Below, piece after piece: positions 1 to 12,995 of a DNA stretch of 64,000 nucleotides (within the stretch, counting starts at the first letter, position 1; every line of letters begins with the position of its first letter). Position numbers and translations under genes: made by a program. Location: NCBI GenBank assembly GCA_963514005.1, contig OY740804.1, positions 5,022,001 to 5,086,000 of the forward strand. Reading direction: 5' to 3'. Below the pieces are notes generated by a model that did not search any database, had not been told where the DNA came from, and saw nothing but the letters and a program-made list of their open reading frames with translations. Source of the DNA: Raja brachyura (lineage: Eukaryota).

Positions 1-685
1 ATTTATTTGTTTTGAACACATTTCCAGTCAATGTGCAAACACATCAAAGGCCAACTTGCGATGGAATGAAACATTGAGTGTGAGCTGCATCTGGCTGTGG
101 TCAACGTGCTTCCTGTTAATACGAGCAGTTGAGCTAAACACACAAAAAAAACCTTCAGTGGATCAAACAACGTCTGGGAAAGGAAATGGACAGATGACAT
201 TTCAGGTCACGACCCGACTTCAGACTGGTGTTACTTTTCTCAGAATATGACTGCAACAGAAACCCACAAACATACAATGTTCACAAGTACATAAGTTCTA
301 AGTGCAGAATTAGGCCTTTCGACCCATCAAGTCCGCCATTCAATCATGGCTGATCTATCTTCTCCTGCCTTCCCCCCCGTAACCTCTGACACCCCCACTA
401 ATTAGGAATCTGTCAATCACTGCCTAGAAAATATTCATTGACTTGGCTTCCACTGCCGTCTGTTGAAATAAATTCCACAAATTCACCACTCTTTGACTAA
501 AGAAATTTGGCCATTATCTCTGTAAACCTATCCTGTCCAGATTCCCTCAGGTTCCTATTAAATCTTTCCACTCACCTTAAACCTATATCCTCTGGTTCTG
601 AAGTATTCAGTAAGAACATGTATAAGAATGTTAGCTCAGGGAGAGCACCTTGCCTTGGCAGGTCAGTGGGTTTTAGGTAGAACAC

Positions 686-947
686 AATGGCACAGCGGTA
701 GAGTTGTTGCCTTAAAGCGCCAGAGACCCAGGTTCGATGCTGACAGGTGCTGTCTGTATGGAGTTTGTACGTTCTCCCTGTGTCCGCATGGATTTTCTCT
801 GGGTGCTCCGGTTTCCTCCCACACTCCAGGTTTGTAGGTTAATTTGCACGGTAAATTGTATATGGGGTGAACACTGGTTGGCGCGGTCTCAGTGGGCCGA
901 AAAGCCTGTTTCCATGCTGTATGGGCCGAAAAGCCTGTTTCCATGCT
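686..947 (+). mobile_element. tRNA-derived V-domain SINE (HE1-like)
   Basis: A box (TGGCACAGCGG), B box (GGTTCGA), V-domain (GGAGTTTGTACGTTCTCC..GGTTTCCTCCCAC), CR1-like tail. Similar copy at 1047-1282. Confidence 0.8.
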
Positions 948-2199
948 TGCCAGGTTGCAAGCATGCAGCTCCCATGCTGCTAACCAGGGTTCAATCCTTG
1001 TTCATGCCAGCAAGGTAAGTTGAAGGATATGTCAGACAATCACACATTGGCACAGCAGGTAGAGCCGCTGCCTCATAGCATCCGAGTCCCGGGTTCGATC
1101 CTGACCTTGGGTGCTATCTGTGTGGAGTTAGCACGTTCTCCCTGTGACAATGTTCGTTTCTTCCGGATGCACGGATTTCCTCCCACATCCCAAAGACGTG
1201 TGGGTTTGTAGGTTAATTGGCCCTCTGCAAATTCACCCTCGTGTATAGGGAGCGGATGCGAAGGGCCTTTTCCATGCTGTATCGCCCCATAAATGAGTTT
1301 ACCGAGTGCAGTTTAGTGTGCATTCTGGTATTTGGATGATCTTAAATTTTTGGTGGGAGGAAGATGATACCTTACACGAGAGACCACTGGAACAGCCAAC
1401 ACACTCGATATGAATTTCAGTAACAGATGGGATGAGACGGTGTGATGAAAGAATAATACATGGAAGACTGTCTTAAATATGAGAAGGATCGTTAGCACAG
1501 GCCTTCAGCCAAGAGTTAAATATAATCCGAGCTTTATGTATAAAAAGGAACTGCAGATGATGGTTTTAATAGTGAGATTAAACGAGAACTTACCTGTTCG
1601 AAGTTTGATCTTTATTTTATGAGGAGTTACGATGAGGGATTACGTGAAGAAGACCCCGCCTGGCGCTGGAACGGCATACTTCAAAGCAGCGGCATGAAAA
1701 ACACAGAACCAAATAGCCGGAGTAAAATAGTAAGGCTCAAAATAGACTAGAACTACCAGATGATCATTTATATTATGAGGGTTGGGAGTGGAGGGCACGT
1801 AATCCCTCATCGTAACTCCTCATAAAATAAAGATCAAACTTCGAACAGGTAAGTTCTCGTTTAATCTCACTATTTTACTTCGGAGTCACGTGAGTGACTA
1901 CGTGAAGATTTTAAAGCCCTGTGTTTTCCATGTCGTAAACTCATTTCATACGACTCTCTGTTTGGTCAAAACAGTAGTGAGTAAAAATATTTTAACACAT
2001 TGTTATATTTTATGTAATAAGTCCTTTAATTATAAAAAAGAACAACTTTTTTAAAATAAGAACCCCTCTATTGCAGGGGAAAATTACAACAATTGATAAA
2101 TGATGTAAATGGTAACATAAATCGATAATATAAATCGATAATATAAACAAAGCAAGCATTCAAAGGGAACCCAGTACTGCGTGTCCAAATCCTGGCACC

Positions 2200-3111
2200 G
2201 TGACAACAGGTTTATTGTAGGACTTTGAAAAAGTTTCTTCTCTAGACCACCCTGCGGCCTCTAAAATTTTTCCAAGTGGTACGTCCTGTACCTTCGCCGC
2301 GGACGTAGCTGCCCTAGTGTAGTGAGATTTAACACATCAGTGTCTATTCCTGCTAGACCCAAAACCTGTTTTAACCATCTAGAAATGGTTTGAACTGAAA
2401 CTTTTGTATGTGGTTTTTTGTGTGTTATCAATAACGCTTTCTCAGAACCTCTGAGATTTTTGGTTACCTCCATGTATTGAGTTAAATGCTTAACTACACA
2501 CAATGTTTCATCAATAGGATATGCTTTAAACATTACCTTCATTCCAGTTCTCCCTGGTCTGCTTTGTTTCACTGGTCATAAACATAAACACAATGTTATC
2601 TGAAGTCACATGCATGCAATCCAACCTTAACAATTGCAAAGTCTGTACTCTTTGAGCTGATACCAATGCCATTAACATAACCACCTTCAATGTTAAGTTC
2701 TGCAAAGATATTGAATTAATTGGAGTCCATTGTTTAAGTAAAGTAAGAACAATGCTAACATCCCAAATTCCTGTATATCTGGGCTTGGGAGGATTTATAT
2801 TAAAATACCCTTCATGAATCGAGATATTAATGGGTGAGACCCAACTGAATCCCGATCCGAAATTTGTCCTAAATAGGATGACAATGCACTCCGAGCACAA
2901 TTAATGGCACTATAACTCAAATGCTCATCAAAGTGCAACCCAGCAAGGAACTCCAATACATTTGAAATGTTTGCAGAATGATAAGATATCTTTGCCTGTG
3001 TACAAAAGGCTTCCCATTTCTAATATGGCACATATATTGTTTTCTAGTGCTAGTCCTCCAAACTGTATCTATAACATCCATGGTCCTGTCCGACAGTTCA
3101 AACTCTTGCAA
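2200..3111 (-). pseudogene. DIRS tyrosine recombinase (frameshifted)
   Basis: ORF fragments 2917-3111, 2526-2900 (WDVSIVL..LTLKVVMLMALVSAQRV) and 2261-2572 (KQSRPG..LCVVKHL..TISRWLK) are typical of DIRS YR. Confidence 0.85.
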
Positions 3112-3175
3112 TGGTCTGGTCAGAACCTGCAGATTAACAAATTCATATGATCATGCAATGGATGAATTTCTTTTG

Positions 3176-4840
3176 TTACTGGTTGTGTGAACAGATTGTC
3201 GCACTGGGAATTACCATACATGGTTCAATAATCATTTTAAGCATCAATGGGAACCATGACTGTGTGGGCCAAACTGGCACCACCAAAATGCCTTTGGCAG
3301 CGTCTTGCGCTATTTTCTTGAGACATTGCCCAATGAGACAGAATGGGGGAAAAGCATAAAAGAACATATTCCCCCAGTGTAGCGAGTAAGCATCCACCGC
3401 TACTGCCCCTGGATCGTGTTCCCAAGACACGTATTTCGGCAATTGGTGATTCAATCTAGATGCAAACAGATCAATGTCCGGTACTCCATACCGACTGACA
3501 ATATTTTTGAAAATTTTTGGATTTAACATCCATTCTGTATTGTCTTTAAATATTCGTGATCTTTGTCTGCCACAACATTGTCTCTCCCTGGGAGATAAAT
3601 AGCTGAAAGCCAAATATTTTTGCAATACACCACTGCCATATCTGGTTACCAGATGATCACATTAATTTTGATCTGACACCACCATGTGATTGATATATGC
3701 CACAGCTGTGGTGTAATCTATTTGTACTTGGACATGCAAATCCTTTAATGAAGAGCAATAAGCTTTAAATCCATAAAATGCTCCCAGTAGCTCCAAATAA
3801 TTAATACCATATGTTTGGAGCAATAAATCCTCTTGGACAGCCCATCTGCCCCCACAGCTGGTCTCATTGTCCGTGGCCCCCATCCGAGCGAGCTTGCGTC
3901 AGTTTGTAAAACACGACTGGCTGATGAACTAAAATGTTCTTAGCAGCTTGTGGAACATTCTCAATCCACCAATGTAATTCCGATACAGCTTCCTTAGGCA
4001 ATTGCATTGGCCTATCAAAATGGCCTGCTCGCTGAATTAGCGCTTTAGTTTTTGCCCTTTGAAGATTTTGGTAATGTAAACGACCAAATTCTATTGCTGG
4101 AAATGCTGCTACCAATTTACCAATACCCTTGGCAACCTCTCGGATGGAGGGATATGGTTTGTTAATCAGGTTTTGACACACATTTGTCAAATCTAACTCC
4201 TTATCCATTGGTAAAGTTACCAACATGGTGACTGAGTTAATCACAAACCCCAGATATTGAATGGTTTGCGATGGCTGTAACTTAGACTTTGTTGGATGGA
4301 TCAGAAACCCCAATTCTCAAACAAGCTAATGGTTGCTGAGACTGATTTCCCAGCTGATTCCTGATTAGCATTGACAATTAAAATGTCATCTAAATAAACC
4401 CTAACGATGTGTTTTGGTGCCATTAGCAGTGCAAGTGCTGGTTTTAACAATTAAGTGAACAATCTAGGTGCTGAACTTAATCCATTAGACAAAGCTTGTA
4501 TTGCCACAGCTGTCCCATCCATTTAAACTTTAAATACCTGCGAAAACTATGATGAATTGGGACGGAATAATAAGCCTCCTTCAAATCTAGTGTAGCCATA
4601 TAACAGCCTGTTGATACCAACTGCATTGCAGTGTGAAATGTGTCCATTTTAAAATGTTTACACTGGACAAATGTTTCATTCAAAAGTGTGAGATCTAAAA
4701 TGATCCTACAACCCCCATCTTTCTTTGTTCTGGGAAAAATGTTTGATACAATTGTTGTGGATCCTCTCCAGATTCTAAATAACTCCTTTTTTACTCAAAT
4801 TCTTAATCTCTTTAACAATTTGAATTTCCTCACTCTCTGA
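3176..4840 (-). pseudogene. DIRS RT-RNaseH-methyltransferase region (frameshifted)
   Basis: LDLKEAYYSVPI (RT), YLDD, KSKLQPSQTIQYLG, INYLELLG/AVAYINH (RNase H), DIDLFASRLN..AFPPF (MT-like). Confidence 0.85.
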
Positions 4841-4924
4841 GAACATCAAAGAATGACTAGACTCATTCCGTCCCAATGGATCCATACCTTCCACAAAATC
4901 AATGGTAAATCCTCTCAGCAGTGT

Positions 4925-6292
4925 CTAATACAACACGATCAACTGTAATATTGTCCCATTCCTCATAAAACATTTGGAGTCTACCACCAATCTGTGGCTC
5001 ATCCCAACATTCCTCTTAATAGGATAATGTTTATGTACCTCTCCACCTGGACGAAATGACTTCCTTTCCCAATAAATGGGCGTACATTTGGCTGTGTTGG
5101 CTGGAAAATGTCCCTTATCATACTCCTGCCTCGGCTTGTACCAGCTCCAAGTCAAATCCCTTTTTATATAGCCAGTCCATTTCTGGCCAAAGGTGAAAGG
5201 TTTCATACGACCAAAAGTCTTTGCCTCTTCATCCATTTCTTTAATTTGTTTAGACAAATCCTCTCCGAACAAAACCCTCTAGGAGTTTGAACATTGCTTG
5301 GTTTACACAATCCTGCAAATCTTGAATGTAATAGAGGTCGAATGGCAATCTTACTCATACAATAAATCTCAAATGAGTTGCAAAATAAGGCCAACATATG
5401 TTTCTGCACTTTGGTCATTCCACAACCTTCCACTTATCTGCCAGGTGCAGTAATGCCAGCTGAAAACAGCTTGAGGACTCTTTGAAATCGAATTCATTGC
5501 GCCCGCATAATTGAAGACATTAGCGCCCAAACAACTGGATTAACCGTAGGTACCTTCAAAGAGGCACAATTGATAGATGTTTTATACATTTCTGCTGTCT
5601 CAACCATAACAGCATCTTGAAGCGGGTGAGAGACCATATAATTAATATTGGCCGCCAGGTTATCTTCCATGGCCTCACCGCTTCCTCCAGGTATAGCAAA
5701 ATCTTGTGCCACATCAGGCACACCTGGATCCATTGTGGTGTGTACTCCGGACCACAATCACCACTTTCAGGGTCTGTCTCATACAGCCCTGGTTCTCCTG
5801 AAACTTGTTCAAGGAGATTACCTCCAGTCCATACCCAGGCACTGGGGTTTCAATTCCCAAATCGAATTGGCACCATATTCACGATATGGACCCCCTCAGG
5901 GGCTGCCTGGGAATATTCTGGGTTCTTAGACCCTTGGTTGATTATAGTCTGGAGCAATTTTCTCCATTTGGTCCATTCTGAGCCATAAGGCTTTCCTTTC
6001 TGGACCTTCAGAATCAGAGTCCTCAGAAACCCCAGGCCCTGCAGCTTTTACTTTTTTGAGGCACTGGGATTTCCTCTACAGTTTCTGTTTGTGGAGCAAT
6101 CAAAGCCTCACTAACGGGTGTTTCAACGGCCGCCGGTATCGGAACCGGCTCCGCAATAAACTGCTGTCCCGACTCTTCTGCACCGCGGGACGCACGTTTT
6201 ACCCGCTGTTTCTTGGCCTTCTCCATTTTATTTTTTCCTCTAACTCCTCCTGGTTTACCCACCAGGCTACGGAGTTCTGAAACCTCGCCCAA
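4925..6292 (-). pseudogene. DIRS gag-like ORF1 remnants
   Basis: Broken ORFs 5' of RT (LKVPTVNPVVW, FGEDLSKQIKE); position matches DIRS ORF1. Confidence 0.6.
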
Positions 6293-6805
6293 AATTTTGT
6301 AAAACTTTCTTACCTGCGGGCCGGTTCCTTACCGCTGTGTGGAGCTGCGCTCTGCAGCTCTTTCGTTGCCGACAGCGACGACGTAATGCCGTTCCAGCGC
6401 CAGGCGGGGTCTTCTTCACGTAGTCACTCACGTGACTCCGAAGTAAAATCAAAGATAGACACAACATGCTGGAGTAACTCAGCAGGACCGGCAGTAGCTC
6501 TGGAGATTCCTTCTCTCCAGAGTTGCTGCCTGTCCTGCTGAGTTACTCCAGCATTTTGTGTCTATCCAAGCTTTATGTAGTCTGGTTTACTGACATTCCA
6601 CAGAGCTGTACCTGCAGTAAGCATGCGATTAATTGCTGCGAGATTAACAACAGCAAGAGTGAATTTATGTTGAATTTAGCTTTTTTTAAACATTTTTTTG
6701 ATATGTGCCTGTGATGCTGCTGAAAGTAATATTTTCATTGTACCTGTGCCTCGCTGTTCTTGTGCACATCACAATAAATTTGGCTTGGCTTGGCTTGACT
6801 GTTAG

Positions 6806-7325
6806 GGTGGGACAGTGGAGCAGCGGTAGAGCTGCTGCCTCACAGCGCCAGAGACCTGGATTCGATGCTGACTACGGGTGCTGTCTGCAGAGTTGGTACG
6901 TTCTCCCTGTGACTACATGGGTTTCCTGCCGGTGCTCTGGTTTCCTCCTACATCCCAAAGACGAACAGGTTTGTAGGTTGATTGACTTTGGTAAGAAAAA
7001 TTGTAAATTGTGTCTAAAGTGTAGGATAGTGCTAGTGTATACGGGGTGATTGCTGATCGGTGCGGACTCGGTGGGTTGAAGGGCCTGTTTCCACACTGTA
7101 TTTCTAAAAGTAAAAAATAAATAAATAAAAGGCTGGACTATTTTCATCAGTCAATGAAAATTGGATTACTTTTATTTTACACTCCAAAGACATACAGGTA
7201 TTTAGGTAAATTGGCTTGGTGAACGTAAAAAATTGTCCCTGGTGTGTGTAGGATAGCGTTAATGTGCGAGGATTGCTGATCGGCATGGAGTTGGTGGGCC
7301 GAAGGGCCTGTTTACTAAACTAAAC
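6806..7325 (+). mobile_element. V-SINE plus partial second copy
   Basis: Same A/B box, V-domain and GGGCCTGTTTCC tail. Confidence 0.75.
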
Positions 7326-7378
7326 AGAGACAACATCAAATTCTAAAGTTTCAGATTTTATCAGCAGTCTCATTCTGG

Positions 7379-7415
7379 TTTCACAATCAGGCTCCCTGTT
7401 CCCTGCTTCCTCATT
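7379..7415. promoter_or_regulatory. Possible myeloid-type promoter motifs (C/EBP-like TTTCACAA; PU.1/Ets-like GAGGAAG on minus strand)
   Basis: About 70-110 bp upstream of the leader ATG. Short motifs that could occur by chance. Confidence 0.3.
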
Positions 7416-7486
7416 CTTAATACATGTCATATTTGTCAGACCGTTCAGTCTGGGGACTAAGAGCTGAGCAGCAGATCAGTGCTAAC

Positions 7487-7544
7487 ATGGTCTCCTTGGA
7501 TAAGACGATGTGGATTCCAATTCTACTCATTTATTCCCTGCCCG
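7487..7544 (+). CDS. CD300/pIgR-like inhibitory receptor, exon 1 (signal peptide MVSLDKTMWIPILLIYSLP)
   Basis: ATG at 7487 (alternative ATG 7508), hydrophobic leader, phase-1 donor G|GTAAGT at 7545. Confidence 0.8.
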
Positions 7545-9544
7545 GTAAGTAACAGCTTGATTTGGACGTTCATGTGACCAGACTCTACGGGAAGTACGAG
7601 ATAGTCACAAAGTGCTGGAGTAACTCAGCGGGACATGCTGAAGGAAAGTCTCAACCCGAAATGTCACCTATACCTTCTATCCAGAGATGCTGCCTGTCCC
7701 TCCGAGTTACTCCAGCATTTTGTGTCTATCTTCGGTGTAAACCAGCATCTGCAGTTACTTCCTTTACATATGCTGGAAATACTTAGCAGGTGTGCAGTGA
7801 AAAAGAGTTATCCTTTCAGATCAGAGATCCTTTGACCTAAAACCTAACTCTATCTCTCTTCCCACAGATGCAGCCTGACCACCTGATTATTTTTTTGTTT
7901 TCGTGTAGATTTTTTAACCTCCCCATAGTTTTATTTTGATTTTCATTTTGGTGATCAGAATTTACCTGGGTCTTGTGCACCATTTCTGCAGTGCAAATAG
8001 TTAAATGCTTGCAGATGTAAAGATAACTGAACAATATTGAGGCGTGGAACAAGAAAGAAGAACTCAGCGGGTCAGTCAGCATCTGTGAATGCGAAGAGGA
8101 CCCTGTATCGGGACTGAGAAAGGAGGCAGGAAAGGTTGAATCAGGATCTGCAGATGGGCTTGTGTGGGAGGAGACCAGAGGGAGTGAATTATCCCAAATT
8201 GGAAAATGTAATGTTTGTACTATTGAGTTTTGAACTATCAATCAACATCTCATGTTCTGCTTGTGTATTCTCTATCAAACACATCCTCTTCATCCAGTTC
8301 CATCTTCCTCAACCAGCCCCGACCCTCCCCTCCCTTTAGTACATCTATATGCTGACAAACATCTCTGTCCCCTGTCAATCCTGATGCAGGGTCTCGATCT
8401 GAAAGAACGACTTGCACTTTTTTGCCTTCAAACCTCCATGACCCATTGATTCCTTCCAGTGTGCTGTTTGTTGTTCCAGATTCCAGCATCTGCAATCTAT
8501 TTTGCCTCAATATTAGAGTGTGGTCTTCCAATCTCCTCCTGTCTCTATCACTGTGCCACACATAAATCATGGCCGCCAATGTATCTGAAAGCACAAACTG
8601 ACTGTGAATGAAAGAACAGAGACAATTACAAGTGGGAGGGACAGTGACACAGCAGTGCCTCACAGTTCCAGAGACCTGGGTTCAATCCTGACTAAGGGGT
8701 CTGTCTGTACGCAGTTTGTACTTTCTCCCTGTGACCGCATGGGTTTTTCCCAGTCCTCTGGTTTCCTCCACATCCCAAAGACGCACAGGTTTGTAGGTTA
8801 ATTGCCCTCTATAAATAGGGAACATGGACCATGTAAATTGTCCCTACTGTGCAAGATAACAGGTCAGCACGGTCACGTTGGGCCGAAGAGCCAGTTTCCA
8901 CGCTCTATCTTAAACTAAAGTAACAGTGTCAAAGTGCAAAGGCATCCTTTCTATTCATAAAACATTGTTTCATTGCTTGCTTGCACTCACTAACAGCAGC
9001 CAAGCAATAATGCCAAAACAATTGTCTCCATTTTACAACAGTTCCTCTTATTTAAAGTTCAGATATTTAATTATTTGACGTCTCAGTTCCTCTTGGGCTG
9101 AGGGTTGCTCTTGCAAAAAGTAGCCATTTCCTTCTTGTTCTTGGACTTCAACTATGCATATTTGTCAAAGTAATCAGCATGCAATATTAATAATTTCATG
9201 TTACCAAGTTATTTTAAAAAAAATGTTATTACTGATGCTTAGATGCATGGGTGAAGGCCAACATTGACTGTCTTCATTCACCAGATCATTTCATGTAATC
9301 TAGGATCATTGCTTTACTAGTTTAGTTTAGTTTAGTCCAATGAAGTCCAATTATTGATCGTTCAAGGGGTAAATAGGAGGTCAGGAGTGCACTCTGGCTA
9401 GTGAGAGGATGGGTCAGTTGCCTGATAACAGTTGGGAAGAAAACTGTCTCTGAATCTAGAGCATTGGGTTCAAACTTCTGTCCCTCGTGCCTAATGGTGG
9501 ACAGGTAAAGAAGGAGTGACTGGGATGAAACTGCTCCATGATTC

Positions 9545-9890
9545 TAGCTCTCTCTTGAAAGTTTCCAGAGAATGGGCCTCCAACGCGCTCTGCGGCAGAG
9601 AATACCACATACTCACAACTCTCTGTGTTTCCTCGTCTCCGTTCTAAATGGCATCACTTATTCGTAAGCTGTGGCCCCTGGTTCTAGACTTCCCCAACAT
9701 CGGGAACATGTTTCCTGCCTCTAGCGTGTCCAAACCTTTAATAATCTTACATGTTTCAATAAGATTCCCTCTCATCTTTCTAAATTCCAGAGTATACAAG
9801 CCCAGCCGCTCCATTCTCTCAGCATGTGACAGTCCCGCCATCCCGGGAATTAACCTTGTAAACTGACATGCCCTACCTCAATAGCAAGAA
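9545..9890 (-). mobile_element. CR1 LINE 3' fragment
   Basis: MAGLSHAERMERLGLYTLEFRKMRGNLIE..RTRGHSLRI matches the CR1 ORF2 C-terminus. Similar fragments at 290-600, 13195-13672, 17445-17730, 19900-20210, 31655-31910 and 46795-47032. Confidence 0.75.
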
Positions 9891-11366
9891 TCATCGATGT
9901 AGATAAATGTAGGGGGCATGGTGAAGTCCTCTGCAGGTCAGCTGGATGGTTGACAGGGAGGAGAAGGCTTTTGACCACAGGGCGGATATGGATGGACAAA
10001 TCAGTAGGGCAGAAAAGTGGCAAAGACAGTTTAATCCAGAGAAGTGAGAGGAATTACATTTGACAAAGAGGCCTAAATAAAGACATTAATAAATGGATGT
10101 TGAGGGAGTGTGGAGGAACAGAAGGACCTTGGAGAATATTCTCACAGCTCATTAAATGCAACATGACAATTAGTTAGTTTTAGAGATACAGCCAGGAACA
10201 GGCCCTTCGGCCCACTATGTCCAAGCCGACCAACGATTACACGTGCACCAGGTCTATCCTGCACCCTTGGGGTAATTTACAGAAGCCAATTAACTTACAA
10301 CCTTATCTTTGGAGTGTGGGAGGAAACCAGAGCACCCAGGCAAAACCCATGCTGTCACAGGGAGAACGTACAAATTCTGTACAGGCAGCATCCGTAGTCA
10401 GGATCAAACCCGGGTCTCAGCCACTCTTCTGCTGCGCTACTGTGCTGCCCAACTAATGTAAACTGTTAGGACCAAAGAACTGCAGGTGCTGGTTTGTACC
10501 AAATATAGAAACAAAGTGCTGGAGTAACTCAGCGGGTCAGGCAGCAGCTCTGGGGAAGGGTGTCTGAAGAAGGGTCCCAATCCCGAAACATCACGCATTC
10601 TATTTCTCCAGACATGCTGCCTGACCTGCTGAGTTGCTCCAGAACCTTGTGTCGATCTTTAGTGTGAAGAGGTGTTTCATGGGCAGCTTGGACTCGGTGG
10701 GCCCAAGGGCGTGTTTCCATGCTGTATTTTTCAATCAATTCAATCCATAGAAAAATGCCTTATGATCATTAAATTCTCCAATTGTACGTTGCACACCCCC
10801 TACCCTCTCTCACTTTTCTGTGCCGGCCCCACCCAGATGTGCAGCCATTTCACCCATGCCTCTACCTCCCTTTCCCACATGTCCCCACCAAATATACCCC
10901 TCCCTCTGTCTTTACATTTCGCTTCTCTTCTCTCCTCATCTGACAACCTTTTGACCGCTTTTTACCTCCATGAACCGGTGAAAATTCCCTCACCTGGAAC
11001 CACCAAATACTTGTTATGCTGCCTGTCCCGCTGAGTTACTCCAGCATTTTGTGTCTACCTTGCACCCGTCACTTGCCAGGCTTTATCCCATCTTCACCTC
11101 TATTCCAGCTTTCCCCAACCTACTTTAATCAGCCTGAAGAAGGGTCCCAACCCGACAGGTCACGTGTCCATTCCCTCCACAGATGCTGCCAGATCTACTG
11201 AGTTACACCGGCATTTTGTGTTTGGCTCAAGGGTAAGTGAACGTCCAGACACGGGTTGGACAATTCGGCCGATCGTTGGTTAGGGGAAGGGTGGGTGGGC
11301 CAGCAAACGCTGTGTTCAGTAAATTTGTCCTGTACATTTTCTGAAGATTTTTCCTCTCGGTTTCAG

Positions 11367-11681
11367 GTGCACTGTGGGCAAAAAAATCAGTAAGCGGAGT
11401 TGTGGGAAAATATATCACAATTGATTATCACTACAAAGCAGAGCACCGCTCACGCACAAAATACTGGTGTCACGGGTGGACTCGCTGGTGCAGAGTTTTA
11501 GTGGAAACAAATGGGCAACACGGACGGAGTGGAAGAGTGTCAATCACAGATAACCCGGCACGAGGAATATTTACTGTGACTGTGGAGGATCTTCGCTCTG
11601 GAGATGCAGGGTGGTACAGCTGTGGAATTGCTACACCTGGCTTGGATACATTGTTTAACGTTCATCTCCAAGTATCTGACG
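11367..11681 (+). CDS. CD300/pIgR-like receptor, exon 2 (Ig V-set domain)
   Basis: GALWAKKSVSGVVGKYITIDYHY..KYWCHGWTRWC..RVSITDNPARGIFTVTVEDLRSGDAGWYSCG: KYWC, the extra C-C' Cys pair and DxGWYxC are CD300/pIgR/TREM hallmarks. Acceptor TTTCAG|, phase-1 donor G|GTACGT. Confidence 0.9.
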
Positions 11682-12104
11682 GTACGTTTTACATTTATAC
11701 CAAGCCGATTAACCTGTAAACCTGTAAGTCTTTGGAGTGTGGAAGGAAACCGTAGTTTTCAGAGAAAACCCACGCAGATCACGGGGAGAACGTATAAACT
11801 CCAGACAGACAAGCCCCCGTGGTCAGGATCGAACTCGGGTCCCTGGCGCTGTAAGGCAGCAATTCTACAGTTGCGCCGCTGTGCCGCCCTAAATGATGTA
11901 CCATAGGGATCAGTGCAGGGATCCCTATGTGCTTTGGCTGAACTATGTTCTTATCTCTCCTGGGAGTTTACAGATGATGTCCCTGTACTGCGCTGGATCT
12001 TGAATAATGACGAAACGGCAAACAGGGAATTGACTTTTATTGTATAGGAATGCTCTTGTAATCGAAGATAGACACAAAATCGATAGAGAAGATAGATGCC
12101 TCAC

Positions 12105-12803
12105 TGTGTGGCGCCGAGATGGCAGCCTCGCCAAAGCCTGTGTGTTATTTCGAATCTTTTGTTATTTTTAGTGTGTCTAAAATGCATGTTTCAATGTTTC
12201 TCGGTATCTTTTTATGTGTGGGAGAGGGGGGGGGGATATAGGGGGAAACCGTTTTCACTTACCACGACGGAGATGTGATCTTTCCTCATGTCACGTCTCC
12301 GTCCCCTCCCCGCGGCCTAACAACTGGATGGATGCGGCCTTTCCTGGAGACCGGCCTGGAGCTTCAAGCCGCAAGCGCGGCGCAGACTTTAACATCGCGG
12401 AGCTGCGATCCTTTGCCGAGGATTGCGGTGGATGCTCTCCGACCGTGGGGCTTGTGGACTTTAACACCGTGAAGCCGCGGTCTCCGGTAAGAAATGGCCG
12501 ACTCGGGAGCTCCATGCCGCGGAGTCTCCATCATCCCGACGAGAGGGATTGAAAATCGGGCCCTGGGCAGAGGCAGTGCTGAGGGTTCAAGGCCCCAACC
12601 ACCACGGGTAAACAAAGGAGGAAGATGACTGAACTTTATTGCCTTCCATCACAGTGAGGAATGATGATTCCACTGTGGTGGATGTTTATGTTAAAACTAT
12701 TGTGTACTGCGTTATTAAACTTGTCAGGCTGTATGACAACTCAAATATCACTGTACCTTAATTGGTGTACGTGACAATAAATGTGAACTTGAACTTGAAC
12801 TTG
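12105..12803 (+). mobile_element. Non-autonomous retroposon with (TGAACT)n tail inserted in a palindromic repeat
   Basis: GC-rich body, AATAAA then TGAACT x3; host AGATAGACACAAAAT...GCTGGAGTAACTC is split around it. Confidence 0.45.
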
Positions 12804-12995
12804 AAATGCTGGAGTAACTCAGTGGGACAGGCAGTGTCTCTGGAAGGAAGGAATGGGTGACGTTTCGGCCCGAGACCTATCCTCAGACCCGAAACTTCAC
12901 CCATTCCTTCCCTCCAGAGATGCTGCCTGTCCCGCTGAGTTACTCCAGCATATTTTGTCTATCTTTAATTGTCTTTTATTTCCTTTTCTCAACAG

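Larger units (their letters stand above)
1568..6449 (-). mobile_element. DIRS1-type tyrosine-recombinase retrotransposon, full length, ORFs degenerate
   Basis: ITRs: 1641-1677 is the reverse complement of 6386-6422. Internal complementary region 1796-1908 pairs with both ends (1568-1646 and 6413-6449). Minus-strand frameshifted ORF pieces give gag-like, RT (YLDD near 4385-4396), RNase H, MT-like (DLFASRLN...YAFPPF) and YR domains. Flanks rejoin into one host repeat. Confidence 0.93.

Noticed and set aside
686-760. tRNA-like A/B box sequences, many copies
   Set aside because: SINE heads, not tRNA genes; each continues into the V-domain.
893-947. Short direct repeat GGGCCGAAAAGCCTGTTTCCATGCT x2, and other recurring palindromic repeats
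   Set aside because: Local slippage in a SINE tail; no regular repeat-spacer structure, so not CRISPR.
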